From: Gemmatimonadales bacterium
GTDB lineage: Bacteria > Gemmatimonadota > Gemmatimonadetes > Gemmatimonadales > GWC2-71-9
Reading direction: 5' to 3'
Assembly: GCA_036262935.1 (NCBI GenBank)
Contig: DATAHW010000108.1
Span: 23,958 to 87,957 of the forward strand
Length of the DNA stretch: 64,000 nt
Shown here: piece by piece, positions 1 through 13,797 of the stretch
Numbering within the stretch: the stretch's first letter is position 1
How the letters are laid out: each line of letters begins with the position of its first letter
Notes under the pieces: model-generated
Told to the model about the DNA's origin: nothing
What the model saw: only the letters and a program-made list of their open reading frames with translations
The model's database searches: none
Position numbers and translations under genes: made by a program

Positions 1-336
1 GATGTAGCTGACGTCCGGGTCCTTGAACTTGGAGAGCGGCGTCGGCACGCAGATGGACACCGCGTCCGGCTCGGACAGCCGGGCCGTGTCCGTCGTGGCG
101 CTCAGCCGCCCGGCGCCCACGGCCGCCCGAAGCTGGGCATCCGTCACGTCCTTGACGTGCGATCGGCCCGCGTTGATGCCGTCCACCACCTTCTGCTGCA
201 CGTCGAATCCGAGCACGCGGTAGCCGGCGTTCGCCAACTCGACGGCCAGCGGAAGGCCGACGTAGCCGAGCCCCACGATGCCGAACAGCGCCTCGCGCCG
301 TTCGGCCCTGACGATCAGGTCATGGGCGATGCTCAT
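1..336 (-). CDS. nucleotide-sugar dehydrogenase, N-terminal part (UDP-glucose/GDP-mannose dehydrogenase family, WbpA/TviB-like); 3' end lies outside the window
   Basis: Not in the ORF track because it runs off the edge. Reverse translation from the ATG at 336 gives MSIAHDLIVRAERREALFGIVGLGYVGLPLAVELANAGYRVLGFDVQQKVVDGINAGRSHVKDV...VSICVPTPLSKFKDPDVSYI. This shows the Rossmann GxGxxG N-terminus and CVPTP motif of the family. ATGA overlap with the upstream stop (333-336). Confidence 0.8.
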   Translation of the reverse strand, partial: MSIAHDLIVRAERREALFGIVGLGYVGLPLAVELANAGYRVLGFDVQQKVVDGINAGRSHVKDVTDAQLRAAVGAGRLSATTDTARLSEPDAVSICVPTPLSKFKDPDVSYI

Positions 337-1448
337 GGGTAGAACTCCAGGACGGCGTCGATGACGGCTTGCTGCTGCGACTCGGTCAGCTCGGGGAACA
401 CCGGCAGCGAGATGACTTGCGCCGATGCCGTTTCGCTTACCGGAAAGCTGCCCTCGCCGTAGCCGAGATGGGCGAAGCAGGGCTGCAGGTGCAGCGGCAG
501 CGGATAGTAGACCGAGCTTCCGATGCCTTTGGCGCGCAGGTGGGCCTGCAGCTCGTCCCGACGCGGCACGCGGATGGTGTACTGGTTGTAGATGTGCTCG
601 TTGGCCGGATCGGTTCGCGGCGGGCACACCGCGGGATGCGCGGCAAAGGCCTCCGTATAGCGCGCCGCGTGACGGGCCCGGGCCGCGCTCCAGCCGGCCA
701 GATGGGGCAGCTTGGCCAGCAGCACCGCGGCCTGCAGCGTATCGAGGCGGCTGTTGAATCCGACTTCGTCATGGTAGTACTGCCGGCTGCCGCCGTGCAG
801 GCGCAGGCGCCGGAGCCGCCCGGCGAGCGGCTCGTCCTGTGTCACCATCATCCCGCCGTCGCCGAAGGCCCCCAGGTTCTTGCTGGGAAAGAACGACAGC
901 GTGCCCACGGTGCCGAGCTCCCCGGCGACGCGCCACGCGCCGTCGACCTTGCGCCGCGCGCCGATCGCCTGCGCGGCATCCTCGATCAGGGCGATGCCGT
1001 GCCGCTCGGCGATCGGCACCAGCGCCTCCATGGCGGCCATCTGGCCGAAGAGGTGGACCGCGATGATCGCGCGCGTCCGGGGCGTGACCGCTGCCGCCAC
1101 CGCCGCCGGGTCGAGATTGAAGGTATCGGCCTCGATGTCCACGAACACCGGGGTCCCACCGGCGTTGTGGATGGCGCCGGCGGTGGCGAAGAAGGTGAAC
1201 GGGGTGGTGATGATCTCGTCGCCCGGCTTCAGATCGAGGGCCCGGAGCGGAAGGAGGAGGGCGTCAGTGCCGCTCGCGCACGCGATCCCGTGGGCCGCAT
1301 GCGACAGCGCGGCCACGGCGGCCTCGAGCTCCGTCACCTCGGCACCCATGATGAAGGCCTGGCGCTCGATCACGCGCATGACGGCCGCGAGCACCTCGCC
1401 CTCGACACTACGATACTGCGCCACGAGATCGAGCAGTGGTACGTTCAC
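333..1448 (-). CDS. DegT/DnrJ/EryC1/StrS-family PLP-dependent sugar aminotransferase (WbpE-like)
   Basis: 371-aa ORF starting MNVPLLDLVAQYRSVEGEVL. The whole length reads as this family (ITTPFTFFATA, SFFPSKNLGAFGDGG). It sits between a sugar dehydrogenase and a hexapeptide acetyltransferase. Confidence 0.9.
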   Translation of the reverse strand: MNVPLLDLVAQYRSVEGEVLAAVMRVIERQAFIMGAEVTELEAAVAALSHAAHGIACASGTDALLLPLRALDLKPGDEIITTPFTFFATAGAIHNAGGTPVFVDIEADTFNLDPAAVAAAVTPRTRAIIAVHLFGQMAAMEALVPIAERHGIALIEDAAQAIGARRKVDGAWRVAGELGTVGTLSFFPSKNLGAFGDGGMMVTQDEPLAGRLRRLRLHGGSRQYYHDEVGFNSRLDTLQAAVLLAKLPHLAGWSAARARHAARYTEAFAAHPAVCPPRTDPANEHIYNQYTIRVPRRDELQAHLRAKGIGSSVYYPLPLHLQPCFAHLGYGEGSFPVSETASAQVISLPVFPELTESQQQAVIDAVLEFYP

Positions 1449-1505
1449 CGGAGCGGTCCATGTGAAAGCCAGCGTTCAAGGCGGAACCCACGGCAGCCGT
1501 GCAAC

Positions 1506-2099
1506 TTAGCGGCCGCGGACGGGTGGGTCAATCTGGCGGAGGGACACCCCGTCCTCCTGGTACCGGGCCCCGCAGGCGTCACATGTGCCGGTGCCGTCCA
1601 CCGACAACTGGAGACGGACACCGCATTGGCACATCCACCCTACCCGCCGCGCCGGCACCCCGACCATCAAGGCGAACGCCGGCACCACGCCCCGGACCAC
1701 CGCGCCGGCTCCGATGAAGCAGTACTCGCCCAGGGTGGCCCCGCAGATGATGGTGGCATTGGCCCCGATCGACGCGCCGCGGCGGACGAGCGTGGGCCGG
1801 TATTCCGACTGGCGCGGGATGTGGCTCCGGGGGTTGGTGACGTTGGTGAACACACAGCTCGGGCCGCAGAAAACGTCGTCTTCGAGGGTCACGCCTTCGT
1901 AGATGGAGACGTTGTTCTGCACCTTCACGTTGTCGCCCAGCCGGGTCCCGTTCATCACCACGACGTTCTGCCCCAGGTTGCAGCGTTCACCGATCACGGC
2001 CCCGGGCATGACGTGGCAGAAATGCCAGATCTTCGTCCCCGCGCCGATGGTGGCGCCGTCGTCGATGTAGCAGGATTCGTGGGCGAAGTAGTCAGGCAT
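1506..2099 (-). CDS. left-handed beta-helix (hexapeptide repeat) N-acetyltransferase, WbpD-like
   Basis: 197-aa ORF with repeated hexapeptide pattern ([51 protein letters not shown]). Genomic context is with the WbpE/WbpA-like genes. Confidence 0.85.
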   Translation of the reverse strand: MPDYFAHESCYIDDGATIGAGTKIWHFCHVMPGAVIGERCNLGQNVVVMNGTRLGDNVKVQNNVSIYEGVTLEDDVFCGPSCVFTNVTNPRSHIPRQSEYRPTLVRRGASIGANATIICGATLGEYCFIGAGAVVRGVVPAFALMVGVPARRVGWMCQCGVRLQLSVDGTGTCDACGARYQEDGVSLRQIDPPVRGR

Positions 2100-2109
2100 G
2101 ATTGTGGTT

Positions 2110-2203
2110 AGTCGTGAGTCGTGAGTCGTGAGTCTTGGGTCGTGGGTGTACGGCCCGGGAGCCTGGAAACCAGCTCACGACCCATGACTCACGACTCACG
2201 ACT
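2110..2203. repeat. long imperfect hairpin built from tandem heptamers (GTCGTGA array facing inverted CACGACT array)
   Basis: Left arm is AGTCGTGAGTCGTGAGTCGTGAGTCTTGGGTCGTGG. Right arm is CACGACCCATGACTCACGACTCACGACT. The loop is about 25 nt. It fills the murB-to-acetyltransferase intergenic gap, and the murB stop codon lies inside the right arm. Confidence 0.8.
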
Positions 2204-3151
2204 CCCCCCCGAGATACTCCCCGAGCGCGCCGATCAGCTTCACCTCGGGCTCGAGCCGCACGCCGGTGCGAGCCTCGACCTGCCGCCGGACGAGCTCGAT
2301 CAGCGCACGCACGTCCGCGGCGGTCGCTCCGCCGGTGTTCACGATATAGTTGGCGTGCATCGGCGATACCTCGGCGGCGCCGACGCGAGTGCCCTTGAGC
2401 CCGGCCGCCTCGACCAGTTGCCCGGCGGTCCGCGGCCCATCGGTTCGCTGCCAGCTCGGCCCGGACGGGTTCCTGAAGACGCTGCCGCAGCACGGCTGAT
2501 TGAACGGCGTCCCGCGCTGGCGCCACTCGAACATTTCGGCGATCTGCTCGTCGAGCTCGGCCTGCGCCGCGGGACGGAGGCGCACCACCGTCTCGAGCAC
2601 GATGTTCCCGTCCAGCCCGCTCCGCCGGTACGTGAACGGGACCTCGGCCCGACCGAGCACGTGGTCCCGGCCGGTGGCGTCGACGACGGTGACGCGCTCG
2701 ACCACTGCCGACCAGTCGCCCCCGTGGCAGCCGGCGTTCATGTAGACGCCACCGCCGACGGAGCCCGGCACGCCGACGAACACGTGCAGCCCCGCGAAGC
2801 CCGCTGCCGCCGTCCGGCGCGCGGCGAGCGGTGCCGGGAGCCCTGCACCCAGGGTCCAGCAGTGGCCGTCCTGCCGGAGCGTGTCGAGCCCCTTCCCCAG
2901 CCGGATCACCAGCGCGTCGAGTCCGGCGTCCGGGAGGAGGATGTTGGAGCCAAGGCCCAGCGCGAACCACGGGATCCCGGCCGCATGTGCGGCACTGATC
3001 GCCACACTCACATCTTCGGCGGTGGCCGGCAGGACCACGGTCGCCGGACCGCCGATCCGGTAGGTGGAATATCGCGCGAGCGGTTCCCCTTCCCGCACCT
3101 CGCCCCGCACCCGCTGGCGGAGCGCCCGCGAAAAGGCGGGGTCGCGCGCCG

Positions 3152-8365
<5,214 letters not shown>

Positions 8366-8486
8366 TCATCGGCCGTGGGAGATTAGGTTTACGGGCTTCC
8401 GGCGAGCGGGATTGCCGGCGACTACTCGAACTTTTCACATCAGACTGGCGGTTCGTCCGGCCGTCCGTCTCACCGAAGGTGGAACT

Positions 8487-8699
8487 ATGGCACGGCTGTG
8501 CACCGTGTGCGGCAAGGGGCCGGTCACCGGCAACAACGTGAGTCACGCCAACAACCGCACGAAGCGCCGCTGGTACCCCAACCTGCAAACCGTCCGGGTG
8601 CTGGTCGAAGGCGCGCCGCGGCGCGTCCGGGTGTGCACGCAATGCCTGAAGAGTAACCGCGTCGCGAAGGCTCCGAGGACCACGGCCGCCGGGGCCTGA
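8487..8699 (+). CDS. rpmB: 50S ribosomal protein L28
   Basis: [34 protein letters not shown] is the L28 signature. A GAAGGTGG Shine-Dalgarno lies 5 nt upstream of the ATG at 8487. Confidence 0.9.
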   Translation: MARLCTVCGKGPVTGNNVSHANNRTKRRWYPNLQTVRVLVEGAPRRVRVCTQCLKSNRVAKAPRTTAAGA

Positions 8700-8728
8700 C
8701 GCCCGGCCGGGTGTCGTGCGCCGGCCAA

Positions 8729-8760
8729 GAAAAAGGGGACCCTCGGGTCCCCTTTGTCGT
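8729..8760. terminator. bidirectional Rho-independent terminator between convergent rpmB and rplQ
   Basis: AAAAAGGGGACC-CTCG-GGTCCCCTTTGTCGTTT. The stem is 10 bp with a 4-nt loop. An A-run on one side and a T-run on the other give a U-tract in both transcription directions. Confidence 0.7.
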
Positions 8761-8781
8761 TTCCGGCCGCCCGGGCTCCCG

Positions 8782-9138
8782 TCACTCGGAGAGCAGCTCG
8801 ATGCGGGCGACATCGGCGCCGTCGCCCTCGCGGTGGCCCAGCTTCAGGATGCGGGTGTAGCCGCCGGGCCGCGCCGCGAACCGCGGGCCGATCTCGCTGA
8901 ACAGGCGCGAGAGCGTCTCGCGGTCCTTGATCTTCCGCTGCACCAGCCGGCGCGCGTGCAGGTCGCCCCGGCGGGCGAGCGTGATCAGCTTCTCGGCGAA
9001 CGGGCGCAGCTCCTTGGCCTTGGCCTCGGTGGTGACCACACGGCCGTGCTCGAACAGGCTGGTGGCCATGTTGTTGAGCAGGGCCCGGCGGTGGCTCGAC
9101 GTGCGCGAGAGCTGCCGTCCCTTGGCGCGGTGACGCAT
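8782..9138 (-). CDS. rplQ: 50S ribosomal protein L17
   Basis: [55 protein letters not shown] is canonical L17. Confidence 0.95.
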   Translation of the reverse strand: MRHRAKGRQLSRTSSHRRALLNNMATSLFEHGRVVTTEAKAKELRPFAEKLITLARRGDLHARRLVQRKIKDRETLSRLFSEIGPRFAARPGGYTRILKLGHREGDGADVARIELLSE

Positions 9139-10202
9139 CAGAGCGCCTCGCCGCTGCCGGCCGGCGGGTGGGCCATCGGCGGCACGCCGGGCCGGAGCAC
9201 GCGCAGCTCGCCGTCGGTCTCCTCGAACTCCATGCCGAAGTTGAGGTCTTCCTTGCCGAGGAGTTCGGCGATCTCGCTCAACGCCTTCTCGCCCACGTTC
9301 TTGACCTTGAGCAGATCATCCTCGGAGAACTCGACGAGGTCCTTGAGGGTCCGGATGTTCGAGTTCTTGAGCGAGTTGAGCGACCGCACCGACAGGCCGA
9401 AGTCGTCGATGGGCCGGGAGAGCCGCTGGCGCAGATTGGCGCCGTCGGCGGCGCCTCCCGCCGACCCCGGATCGCGCATCGTGGGCACCTTGCCGAAGTC
9501 CACGAAGTACTGGAAGTGGACCTGCGCGAGCGCCGCCGCGTAGGCGATGGCGTCCTCGGGGCTGATGGTGCCGTTGGTCTCGACCTGGACCGTGAGCCGG
9601 TCGTAGTCGGTGCGCTGCCCGACGCGGGTCTCGGCGACGGCGAAGTTGGCGCGACGGACCGGATTGTAGATGGCGTCGATCCGGACCAGGTCCACCGGGA
9701 GCGACCGGTCGGCCGGGTGCATCTCGGCCTCGACGTAGCCCCGGCCCTTGTTCACGTACAGCTCCATGTTGACCTCACGGTCGTCCTGGAGGGTGAACAG
9801 CAGGTGATCGGGGTTCTTCACCGTAACCGAGCCGTGCTCCTGGATATCACGGGCGTAGACCGGGCCCGCGCCCTCGCGGCGGATGTGCAGCACCGCCTCG
9901 TCCACTTCCTCGGTGAGCACGAGCGTGAGCGACTTGAGCCGCTGCACGATCTGGTGCACATCCTCGAGCACGCCCTGGACGGTCTGGTGCTCGTGCACCA
10001 CGCCGTCGAGCCGGAAGCCCCAGACGGCACTGCCGCGCAGGGAGGAGAGGAGCAGCCGCCGGAGCGAGTTGCCCAGCGTATAGCCGAATCCCCGCTCCAG
10101 CGGCTGGAGACGGAATTCGGCGGCATTGGGGTTGTCGTCCCGCTTCGTCATCTCGACGAGGTGCGGACGGACCAACCCGGTCAGATCAATGGTCATGGTC
10201 AC
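9138..10202 (-). CDS. rpoA: DNA-directed RNA polymerase subunit alpha
   Basis: [23 protein letters not shown] in the N-terminal domain. The C-terminal domain has [21 protein letters not shown]. The start is GTG 10202 or ATG 10196. Confidence 0.95.
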   Translation of the reverse strand: MTMTIDLTGLVRPHLVEMTKRDDNPNAAEFRLQPLERGFGYTLGNSLRRLLLSSLRGSAVWGFRLDGVVHEHQTVQGVLEDVHQIVQRLKSLTLVLTEEVDEAVLHIRREGAGPVYARDIQEHGSVTVKNPDHLLFTLQDDREVNMELYVNKGRGYVEAEMHPADRSLPVDLVRIDAIYNPVRRANFAVAETRVGQRTDYDRLTVQVETNGTISPEDAIAYAAALAQVHFQYFVDFGKVPTMRDPGSAGGAADGANLRQRLSRPIDDFGLSVRSLNSLKNSNIRTLKDLVEFSEDDLLKVKNVGEKALSEIAELLGKEDLNFGMEFEETDGELRVLRPGVPPMAHPPAGSGEAL

Positions 10203-10834
10203 TTCGAGTAGAGCTCGACGATGAGCTGTTCTTGCGCGTTGATCGGGATGGCTTCACGGGTGGGGCGCTCGACCATGCGGCCGGCGGCCTTGTCGGCGTC
10301 CACCGAGAGCCAGGCCACGGGCTGGCCGCGCGAGGCGGCCTCCTGGGCCAACTTCACGGCCACGAGCTCACGGCTGGCCGGTGCCATGCGCACTTCCTCG
10401 CCCGGGATCACCCGGTACGCCGGCACGTCCACCCGGCGGCCGTTGACTTCCACGTGCCCGTGCGCGATGAGCTGGCGCGCGGCCTTGCGGCTGGAGGCGA
10501 AGCCCATCCGGTGGACGATGTTGTCCAGCCGGCTTTCCAGCGCGATGAGGAGATTGGTGCCCTTGACGCCCGGCTCGCGGGTGACCGCGTCGAACGTGTT
10601 GCGGAACTGACGCTCCGTGAGGCCGTAGATGCGCTTCACCTTCTGCTTCTCGCGGAGCTGCTTGGAGTACTCGGAGGCCTTGCGCGGCCGCCCGCCCGAC
10701 TGGCCGTGCTGGCCCGGCGCATAGGGACGGCGCTCCACCGGACACTTCTCGGTGAGGCACTTGGTGCCCTTCAGGAACAGCTTGGTGGCCTCGCGACGGC
10801 AGAGGCGGCAGCTCGGCCCGACGTATCTCGACAT
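10199..10834 (-). CDS. rpsD: 30S ribosomal protein S4
   Basis: MSRYVGPSCRLCRREATKLFLKGTKC...YGLTERQFRN is canonical S4. Confidence 0.95.
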   Translation of the reverse strand: MSRYVGPSCRLCRREATKLFLKGTKCLTEKCPVERRPYAPGQHGQSGGRPRKASEYSKQLREKQKVKRIYGLTERQFRNTFDAVTREPGVKGTNLLIALESRLDNIVHRMGFASSRKAARQLIAHGHVEVNGRRVDVPAYRVIPGEEVRMAPASRELVAVKLAQEAASRGQPVAWLSVDADKAAGRMVERPTREAIPINAQEQLIVELYSK

Positions 10835-10837
10835 GGC

Positions 10838-11239
10838 TCAGACCCGCCGCTTCTTCGGCGGACGGCAGCCGTTGTGAGGGATCGGCGTGACGTCCCGGAT
10901 GGAGACGACACGGAGCCCGACCGAGGCCAGCGCCTGGATGGCCGACTCCCGCCCGCTCCCCGGCCCCTGCACGCGCACGTGCACGCGGCGCACCCCCAGG
11001 TTCATGGCTTCGCGCCCGCAGTTCTCGGCAGCCACGGTGGCGGCGAACGGGGTGGACTTCTTCGAGCCCTTGAACCCGGCCTTGCCCGCCGATCCCCACG
11101 CGAGGGTATTCCCCTTCATGTCGGTGATCGTGATGAGCAGGTTGTTGAAGGTCGCCGCGATGTGGGCCATGCCCTCGGACTCGACGACCTTCTTGGAGCG
11201 CTTGGCGCCCGGCGCCTTCGCTGGAGCTGGAGCGGTCAT
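10838..11239 (-). CDS. rpsK: 30S ribosomal protein S11
   Basis: [28 protein letters not shown]...[18 protein letters not shown] is canonical S11. Confidence 0.95.
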   Translation of the reverse strand: MTAPAPAKAPGAKRSKKVVESEGMAHIAATFNNLLITITDMKGNTLAWGSAGKAGFKGSKKSTPFAATVAAENCGREAMNLGVRRVHVRVQGPGSGRESAIQALASVGLRVVSIRDVTPIPHNGCRPPKKRRV

Positions 11240-11620
11240 TTACTTCTTCGTCACTTTCTTCTTGCCGGCGATGGCACGCCGCGGACCCTTCTTGGTCCGC
11301 GCGTTGGTGTGGGTCCGCTGGCCGCGGACCGGCAGGCCCCGCCGGTGGCGGATGCCGCGGTAGCTCCCGATGTCCATCAGGCGCTTGATGTTCATCGCGA
11401 TCTCGGTGCGAAGGGCGCCTTCGACCTTGACCGAGCGCTCGATGATTTGCCGAAGCCGCGCCACCTCGTTGTCCGACAGGTCCCGCACCCGGGTCTCGGG
11501 GCTCACGCCCGTCTCGCCGAGGAGACGGCTGCTGGTGGACCGGCCGATCCCGTAGATGTACGTGAGGGCGACTTCGACGCGCTTCTCGCGCGGAAGGTCC
11601 ACGCCTGCGATGCGCGCCAT
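11240..11620 (-). CDS. rpsM: 30S ribosomal protein S13
   Basis: [30 protein letters not shown] begins at aa 46 of the track ORF. 126 aa. Confidence 0.95.
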   Translation of the reverse strand: MARIAGVDLPREKRVEVALTYIYGIGRSTSSRLLGETGVSPETRVRDLSDNEVARLRQIIERSVKVEGALRTEIAMNIKRLMDIGSYRGIRHRRGLPVRGQRTHTNARTKKGPRRAIAGKKKVTKK

Positions 11621-11622
11621 GA

Positions 11623-11739
11623 TCAGCCTTGCCGCTGCTTGTGCTTGGGATTGCGCTTGCAGATGATGCGAACGACGCCCTGTCGCTTGACGACCTTGCA
11701 GTGCTCGCAAATCGGCTTCACGCTCGAACGAACCTTCAC
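11623..11739 (-). CDS. rpmJ: 50S ribosomal protein L36
   Basis: Not in the ORF track (too short). Reverse translation from the GTG at 11739 gives (M)[37 protein letters not shown] followed by TGA at 11623-11625. Confidence 0.9.
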   Translation of the reverse strand: MKVRSSVKPICEHCKVVKRQGVVRIICKRNPKHKQRQG

Positions 11740-11773
11740 GCGTTTCTCCGGGCAAATTAAGGACTAGCTACCC

Positions 11774-11802
11774 AATATATCCCGGCGCGGAAAGCCATGC
11801 AA
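11774..11802 (-). promoter_or_regulatory. candidate sigma70-type promoter of the rpmJ-rplQ operon (TTGCAT-17 nt-TATATT)
   Basis: On the minus strand, TTGCAT (11802-11797), a 17-nt spacer, then TATATT (11779-11774), about 35 nt upstream of the rpmJ GTG. This is one of the few AT-rich patches in the window. Confidence 0.45.
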
Positions 11803-11820
11803 GGAGGGGGCTTCGCCGCT

Positions 11821-12228
11821 TTAGCCGACCACCCGGAGCTCCACCAGGCTCCAGCCCGTCCGCTCCAGGCGATAGCCGAGCAACAGGCTCTGCGTGCGGA
11901 TCTCCTGGGTGCCGGCCACCCGATAGCGGCGCTGGAGCTCGACGTATCCGCGACCCCGCTCGACCTCGCGCGCGGCCCGGACCACCGTCTCCACCTCCTG
12001 CGCGGACGCCAGGAAATCGGCCAGGAGCGCCGCCGCCTGGGGAGCCGGCAGCGCGGCCGACGGATCCGCGCCGGGGAGCTGAACCAGAAGCCGCGGGCTT
12101 CCGGCCACGAGGCGGGCCGGGTCGTGCGCAAACCATGCGTCGCGCGCCTGCCCGGCCGCGGCCAGGAGCCCGGCGGTCGGCTCCTGAGCCGCGCCGGCCC
12201 CGGGGGGAAGCAGCAATGCCGCCAGCAT
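11821..12228 (-). CDS. small hypothetical protein, probably exported
   Basis: C-terminal 135-140 aa of track ORF 11821..12744 have normal composition and a hydrophobic N-terminus (LLMLAALLLPPGAGAAQEP). The ATG at 12228 shares 1 nt with the pyrF stop (TGATG). GTG at 12243 is an alternative start. No family recognised. Confidence 0.55.
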   Translation of the reverse strand: MLAALLLPPGAGAAQEPTAGLLAAAGQARDAWFAHDPARLVAGSPRLLVQLPGADPSAALPAPQAAALLADFLASAQEVETVVRAAREVERGRGYVELQRRYRVAGTQEIRTQSLLLGYRLERTGWSLVELRVVG

Positions 12229-12920
12229 CAGGAGCCGATACACCGTGCCTCCTCCAGAAACCCACGAAACGCCGCCGCGGGATCGGTCGCAAGCAGGATG
12301 GGACGCCCCACGACCAGGTGCGTGGCCCCCGCCTCCGCCGCCGCTGCCGCCGTGGCCACCCGGACCTGATCGTCCGGCGCATCGGTGCGGCCGCGGATGC
12401 CCGGCACGACGATCGCCGCGTCGGGACCGAGCCGGCGTCGGGCGAGCGCGATCTCGCCCGGCGCGCACACCACACCTGCCAGACCGCTCTCCGCTGCTTC
12501 CGCAGTCAGGCGCTCGACCTCGTGCCCGAGATCCGCATCGGTCCGGCCGACTGCCCGACGATACGACGCCGCATCGTGCGACGTCAGGACGGTTACGCCC
12601 ACGATCGCCAACCGGTCCCCGGCCGCGCCGGTAGCGGCCTGCATCATGGCCGCGCCGCCCAGCGTGTGCACGGTGGCCATCGCCACGCCCAGCGCCCGCG
12701 CCGCACCCACCGCCTCGGCCACGGTGTTGGGGATGTCGTGCCACTTGAGATCCAGAAACACCCGGAGCCCTCGGTCGGCCAGGACCCGGATCAGATCGGG
12801 CCCCTCGGCGGTCATCAGGATCGAGCCGACCTTGACCCAGCGGACATCCGGCAGCCGGTCGAGCAGCCGGATGGCGTCCAGGCCGCTCGTGAGGTCGAGC
12901 GCGACGATCACCTCAGCCAT
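12228..12920 (-). CDS. pyrF: orotidine 5'-phosphate decarboxylase
   Basis: MAEVIVALDL...VKVGSILMTAEGPDLI...VFLDLKWHDIPNTV motifs. Starts at aa 43 of the track ORF. Confidence 0.9.
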   Translation of the reverse strand: MAEVIVALDLTSGLDAIRLLDRLPDVRWVKVGSILMTAEGPDLIRVLADRGLRVFLDLKWHDIPNTVAEAVGAARALGVAMATVHTLGGAAMMQAATGAAGDRLAIVGVTVLTSHDAASYRRAVGRTDADLGHEVERLTAEAAESGLAGVVCAPGEIALARRRLGPDAAIVVPGIRGRTDAPDDQVRVATAAAAAEAGATHLVVGRPILLATDPAAAFRGFLEEARCIGS

Positions 12921-13797
12921 CCCCACGCTCCAGGTCTCGAATGATCCGCTCCGGAAGCCGGGGATCCGCGAGCGCCGCCGTTCCAATCCCCACGAGCCCG
13001 GCGCCCACGCGAAGGTACTGCCGGACATCGGCGGCCGACCGGACACCGCCTACTCCGATCACGGGCATCCCCCCTGTCCTCTCCACCACTCGAGCCGCCG
13101 CGAGCACCCCGATCGGCAGGAGCGCGGGGCCGCTCACCCCGCCGTTGCCGTTCCCGAGCCGGCCGGCCGCGGTGTCCTCCGCAAGGAGGAGGCCGGGAAT
13201 GGTGTTGACCACGGTAATGGCATCCGCGCCCGCGTCACGGGCCACGAGCGCCATGGCGGGGATATCGGGCAGCACGGGGGAGAGCTTGGCTGAAAGCGGC
13301 ATCCGGGTGCGGGCGCGGCACGTGGCCACGATGCGTCGGACGCAGGCCGAGTCGGAGCCGAACTCGATGCCTCCCGCACTGGTGTTGGGACAGGACAGGT
13401 TGAGCTCGAATCCGGCGACGCCGGGCGCACCGTCCAGCCGTGCGACTACCTCGCCGTACTCCTCCACCGTGAACCCGACCACGTTCATCAGCACCTGGGC
13501 CCGGAGGGCGCGGGCGGCGAGCCATGGCAGGAACTCGGCCCGGACGCGCTCCACTCCGGGGTTGGCGAGGCCGACGGAGTTGAGCATCCCGCCCCGGAAC
13601 TCGGCGACACGCGGCGCGCGGTTCCCCGCGCGAGGCGCGAGCGAGACCGCCTTGGTCACCAGCCCGCCGAGCCGGTCGAGGTCCATCACGCCCTCGAGCT
13701 CGCGCCCGAATCCGGCGGTGCCGGAGGCGAGGAGTATCGGATTCTGAAATCGGCGGCCGAGGAAGGTCCGCGAGAGGTCGCTTCCGCCGACGCTCAC
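12913..13797 (-). CDS. pyrD: dihydroorotate dehydrogenase, class 1 catalytic subunit
   Basis: FQNPILLASGTAGFG, MLNSVGLANPG, ELNLSCPN (active-site Cys) and GGVSGPAL motifs. The GTG start at 13797 is in GTGA overlap with the upstream stop. No pyrK is adjacent. Confidence 0.85.
   Translation of the reverse strand: MSVGGSDLSRTFLGRRFQNPILLASGTAGFGRELEGVMDLDRLGGLVTKAVSLAPRAGNRAPRVAEFRGGMLNSVGLANPGVERVRAEFLPWLAARALRAQVLMNVVGFTVEEYGEVVARLDGAPGVAGFELNLSCPNTSAGGIEFGSDSACVRRIVATCRARTRMPLSAKLSPVLPDIPAMALVARDAGADAITVVNTIPGLLLAEDTAAGRLGNGNGGVSGPALLPIGVLAAARVVERTGGMPVIGVGGVRSAADVRQYLRVGAGLVGIGTAALADPRLPERIIRDLERGDG

Noticed and set aside
369-2111. Long plus-strand ORF (580 aa) and many similar ones (e.g. 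3296..5512+, 32596..35136+, 37688..40432+, 45823..47271-, 50729..52399+, 55840..57186+, 59950..61593+)
   Set aside because: All are antisense to genes with clear family identity. They are extremely R/A/P/G/H-rich with no recognisable motifs and have low-G/C third positions. This is the expected open-frame artefact of stop-poor high-GC DNA.
11786-11820. Hairpin GCGGCGAAGCC...GGCTTTCCGC after the hypothetical gene as a terminator
   Set aside because: The stem is imperfect with a bulge and a 12-nt loop, there is no U-tract, and it overlaps the proposed -35 box of the rpmJ promoter. It is too weak to call.
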